64,000 nucleotides of DNA. Origin: an uncultured archaeon. Lineage in GTDB: Archaea > Asgardarchaeota > Thorarchaeia > Thorarchaeales > Thorarchaeaceae. Below are positions 60,852-64,000 of the stretch, in pieces; the first letter of the stretch is position 1; every line of letters begins with the position of its first letter. The position numbers and the translations under genes were made by a program. The DNA lies in contig CAZLEV010000002.1 of the NCBI GenBank assembly GCA_964558645.1, positions 320,001 to 384,000 of the forward strand, in the 5' to 3' direction. The notes under the pieces are model-generated. The model had not been told where the DNA came from and made no database searches. It saw nothing but the letters and a program-made list of their open reading frames with translations.

Positions 60852-63071
60852 TTGAGTACGCTAAGAGAACTGGAACTTGAACGGATATCTCCACATCTGC
60901 TGGAGATACTAAGAAGACAGGGAAACGTATCACTTAGTGAGTTCCAGAAGAGTGCACTAAGAGCGGGATTGATGCGTGACGAAAACATCATCATGCAGAC
61001 CCATGACTACGATGAGGCGTACAAGATAGGTGAAATTGCGCTACTAAACCAGGTGACATCAAACTTCCGAGCAAGAGGCATCATCCTCTGTCAGAACCCT
61101 CATCAAGCGGAGAAACGACTCTCCTCGGTGAGCAGAAAGTGCAGCAGGCTTGGCATTAGGGTGACTCCGATAATACGGAGGAGAAAAGCGACCGGCATCC
61201 TAGCAACACGCGAAAGAGTCATTGTGGCTACAATTCGCTCACTAGGTATTGCCATTCAGTCGCAGCCTGGCCTGCTAAATGATGTCAAGTCGATACTAGT
61301 AGAGAGGATAGATAGGATAGGACAATCGAATTATGGTGCAACTCTCGAGGGGATTCTGGTCAACCTCATGGGTGTTTCTGAGAGGGTTCAGTACATCGCC
61401 ACATGTCCTCCTGTGGCGGACATAGATGATCTGAGTAGATGGTTGAAGGCGGAGGTCGTTGAAGATCCAGAACCAGAGATCAAGCGAATCTTTAGTGTGA
61501 AGGCCTTCCCTAGCATGGCTGAGTCACTCGCGGATCTTGCAGAGTTTGTCCATTACAAAGAGGGACAAATCATGATACTCTGCTCAGACATCGATTCCGC
61601 GGAAGAGCTCGCGTATCAACTCACTGGCCTTGATGATGTTCACGAAGACGCAGTACTAGACCTGCGGCTCCTGCCTGAGGACCGCGATGAGTTAACTCGA
61701 CTTGCACAACAGATTGGAGGGCATTTCTTCGATTGCGAGCTGACTGACAGACTTCAGGATGTTGTTTCTAGAGGGGTTGCATTCTTCCACGAGGGAGTGC
61801 CCAGAATCCAAAGACGGATGATATCAGAGGCGTGGGAAGAACAGGTTCTCCCGGTTCTTGTAATGCCAACCCGTTTCGCGATTGCAAGCGGCCTCCGCGC
61901 CACGGTTGTCTTCCTCCTTGGCGCATACATGAAGGATGCGTATTCGGATCTATCTGGTCAAGAGGATCTCACAGTCTTAACAGAACTTCAGCTGTCCGAC
62001 CTTCTCGAAAAGGCCGGTAGACCAACACTGGATAAAGAAGGGTTTGGAATAGTAGTAGTGGGCAGCGATGCGGAAAGGAAGCGCGTACTTGAGAGATATT
62101 TCATCAAACACGAGGACGGAAACATATCCCCAAGGCTCGGAGAGGTTGACAGCTCCATGGACGACCCTGAGAACTTTCAGGATCTCCTCTTGAGTCAACT
62201 TTGTGCGGATTCCGACGGCTCAGATACCCCCTTCTCAATTCTTGACCGAACATACTGGGCCGCCTCGAAACGCAGAGTCGGCATCACAGCCGACGTGATG
62301 TCTCCAGTTGAAAACGCCAATGCTGAAACACTGATAGACTTCAGGACTAACAAGTCCACCCTCAATCGAGCGGCAGACATTCCAGATTCAAGTGTCAGAA
62401 TAGTATCAGTTACCCCATCCAAAATCGAAGGCTTGGTCCATAGTGGCTCACGGGAGCTGTGGCACTTTGTGACCCTAAGAGCTGCCGAGGGCGTATCTTG
62501 TTCATGTGAAGCATGGAAGTATCAGGGTATAAGCAGGCATCGCCTTTGCAAGCACCTTGTGAAGTTCTCGAAGTTTGCTTTAGAAGACGAAGATACGCGG
62601 TCCTATGCAGCTTCAGTTATCGAACAGGCACTTCGAGGGCTCAGCCTAATCGACGAATTGGAACAGGAAGGTCTAGTTGTAAGAGAAGATAACAGAATCA
62701 AGTGCACAGTGCTCGGAGGTAGCGTCGCAAGACTAGGAGTTCCGGTCGGCGATGCGAGACAGGCCCTAAAAGCACTCTCCGATAAGAAGGGTGATCTCTC
62801 CTCCATCCTACAGAAACTCTTGGTGAGTCGAACGGGTCTATCGGAAGACCTCATCCATGAAGTGCTCTCGTCCGTTCCCGCAGATTCCGTTGAGCAGATA
62901 GGAAAGTGTGCAGAGCACATGCCCGGTGTTGTTGAGAACCTGCTCGAAGAAGCTCAATATGTGAATTCCATTCTCCTAAGCCTCATGGCTAAAGACAAGC
63001 GGAATGAACTCAGTCGAAGAAGCCTCAAGTTGCAGGACTCACTCATGACTCTCCTAGAAGACCATTCTTAG
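60852..63071 (+). CDS. degenerate Hel308/Ski2-like helicase-fold protein with SWIM zinc finger
   Basis: Q-motif LSEFQ, RGVAFFHEG, KAGRP..D.EG retained; Walker A/B lost; CSC...CKH SWIM. Confidence 0.75.
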   Translation: MSTLRELELERISPHLLEILRRQGNVSLSEFQKSALRAGLMRDENIIMQTHDYDEAYKIGEIALLNQVTSNFRARGIILCQNPHQAEKRLSSVSRKCSRLGIRVTPIIRRRKATGILATRERVIVATIRSLGIAIQSQPGLLNDVKSILVERIDRIGQSNYGATLEGILVNLMGVSERVQYIATCPPVADIDDLSRWLKAEVVEDPEPEIKRIFSVKAFPSMAESLADLAEFVHYKEGQIMILCSDIDSAEELAYQLTGLDDVHEDAVLDLRLLPEDRDELTRLAQQIGGHFFDCELTDRLQDVVSRGVAFFHEGVPRIQRRMISEAWEEQVLPVLVMPTRFAIASGLRATVVFLLGAYMKDAYSDLSGQEDLTVLTELQLSDLLEKAGRPTLDKEGFGIVVVGSDAERKRVLERYFIKHEDGNISPRLGEVDSSMDDPENFQDLLLSQLCADSDGSDTPFSILDRTYWAASKRRVGITADVMSPVENANAETLIDFRTNKSTLNRAADIPDSSVRIVSVTPSKIEGLVHSGSRELWHFVTLRAAEGVSCSCEAWKYQGISRHRLCKHLVKFSKFALEDEDTRSYAASVIEQALRGLSLIDELEQEGLVVREDNRIKCTVLGGSVARLGVPVGDARQALKALSDKKGDLSSILQKLLVSRTGLSEDLIHEVLSSVPADSVEQIGKCAEHMPGVVENLLEEAQYVNSILLSLMAKDKRNELSRRSLKLQDSLMTLLEDHS

Positions 63072-63152
63072 TTGCCGGCACTCAAGCTTTTTATGGTAGC
63101 TCCTTTTGGCCCCGACTAGAAGCAATGTTCATTTTCCCATTGGTGAAAGGTA

Positions 63153-64000
63153 ATGAAACTGTTCGAACATGAGGCAAAGGATATCTTTCGGGAGTTCAAA
63201 ATGCCAACACCTCCAGGAGGTGTTGCAAAGACACCCGGAGAAGCAAAGAAGAGAGCCGAAGAGGTTGGCAGACCGGTTGTTGTGAAGGCTCAGGTTCTCT
63301 CAGGTAAGAGAGGAAAGGCAGGCGGAGTGAAATTTGCAGATACTCCTGAAAAAGCTGAGAAACTCGCAGCAGAGATCTTGGAAATGCGAATTAACGATCT
63401 TCCTGTGGAAGCAGTTCTGGTCGAAGAAAAACTGAATATCGCTCAAGAGATATATGCAGGAATAACCATCGACCGAAATACACGACAGTATGTCGTTATT
63501 GGGAGCTCTTCAGGTGGAATGTCGATTGAAGAGCTTGCTGAAAGGAGTCCCGAGAAAATCATCAAAAGACGTGTTGATCCATTTCTCGGGTTCCAAGCAT
63601 ACGAGGCCCAAGAGATGGCTGTGGCAATGGGCTTTGAGGGCAAGGATATTCTGAAACTTGCTGGTTTTTTCCTGAAACTCTGGAAGATAGTCGAGAAGTA
63701 CGATGTCGAACTGACAGAAATCAACCCCCTGATACTTACGGGTGAAGGAGAGTTTCTTGCAGCAGATGCGAGGCTCAATATAGACAACAATGCTCTGTAC
63801 AGACATCAGGACCTGATGAAGAGCCTCGAAAGAAAGCCTCACGAACAGAATGAGAGAGAGCGCTTGGCTACTGAGGAGGGAATGGCATACGTTGAGTTAG
63901 ACGGCAACATAGCCTGTATCTGTAACGGTGCAGGACTCACTATGGCCACCCTCGATGCGGTTGACCTCTATGGAGGCAAGGCAAGTACGTTTCTCGACCT
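63153..64000 (+). CDS. sucC: succinate--CoA ligase (ADP-forming) beta subunit, truncated by window end
   Basis: Manual translation MKLFEHEAKDIF...VVKAQVLSGKRGKAGGVK...EINPL...NGAGLTMATLD; not in ORF track because there is no stop in the window. Confidence 0.93.
   Translation, partial: MKLFEHEAKDIFREFKMPTPPGGVAKTPGEAKKRAEEVGRPVVVKAQVLSGKRGKAGGVKFADTPEKAEKLAAEILEMRINDLPVEAVLVEEKLNIAQEIYAGITIDRNTRQYVVIGSSSGGMSIEELAERSPEKIIKRRVDPFLGFQAYEAQEMAVAMGFEGKDILKLAGFFLKLWKIVEKYDVELTEINPLILTGEGEFLAADARLNIDNNALYRHQDLMKSLERKPHEQNERERLATEEGMAYVELDGNIACICNGAGLTMATLDAVDLYGGKASTFLD

Noticed and set aside
63443-63842. Minus-strand ORFs at the window end
   Set aside because: Antisense to sucC

Overview
Gene-dense archaeal chromosomal segment, most likely Asgard. 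Thorarchaeia is my guess: two tandem Asgard-type profilins, GGTGA/GGAGG ribosome-binding sites, TTTATA/TTTAAT TATA boxes, and PAC2, NIP7 and AOR genes. The left part (1-19 kb) is a catabolic island: MtaA/URO-D-family protein, GlcD/GlcF-like pair, MoaD/SAMP, APC permease, two DUF917 proteins, hydantoin racemase, metallophosphoesterase with a nucleotidyltransferase-like partner, LLM oxidoreductase, and AOR plus ferredoxin. The middle has small membrane proteins, a secreted EEP-nuclease/FN3/3x lamin-tail protein, TPR, M42 peptidase, MFS and GNAT. The right part has two profilins, an OPT transporter, a MoxR/DUF58/DUF4350 operon led by a 2269-aa surface protein whose transglutaminase-like domain lacks the catalytic triad, thrC, an RsmB/NOP2-NIP7 pair, PAC2, a degenerate Hel308-like protein with a SWIM finger, and a truncated sucC. 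The most notable feature is missing from the ORF track. At 36400-36830 on the minus strand lies an operon-like array of 3-4 tiny ORFs (30-40 aa). Three share a C-terminal motif (EAVAYAYVYRR / EAVGYAFAYRR / RALAYSYLYR) conserved largely through synonymous codon changes. The array has its own TATA box, a perfect palindrome and a divergent winged-helix regulator. I recognised no rRNA, tRNA, CRISPR array or transposase. All calls come from reading motifs by eye; no database searches were run.
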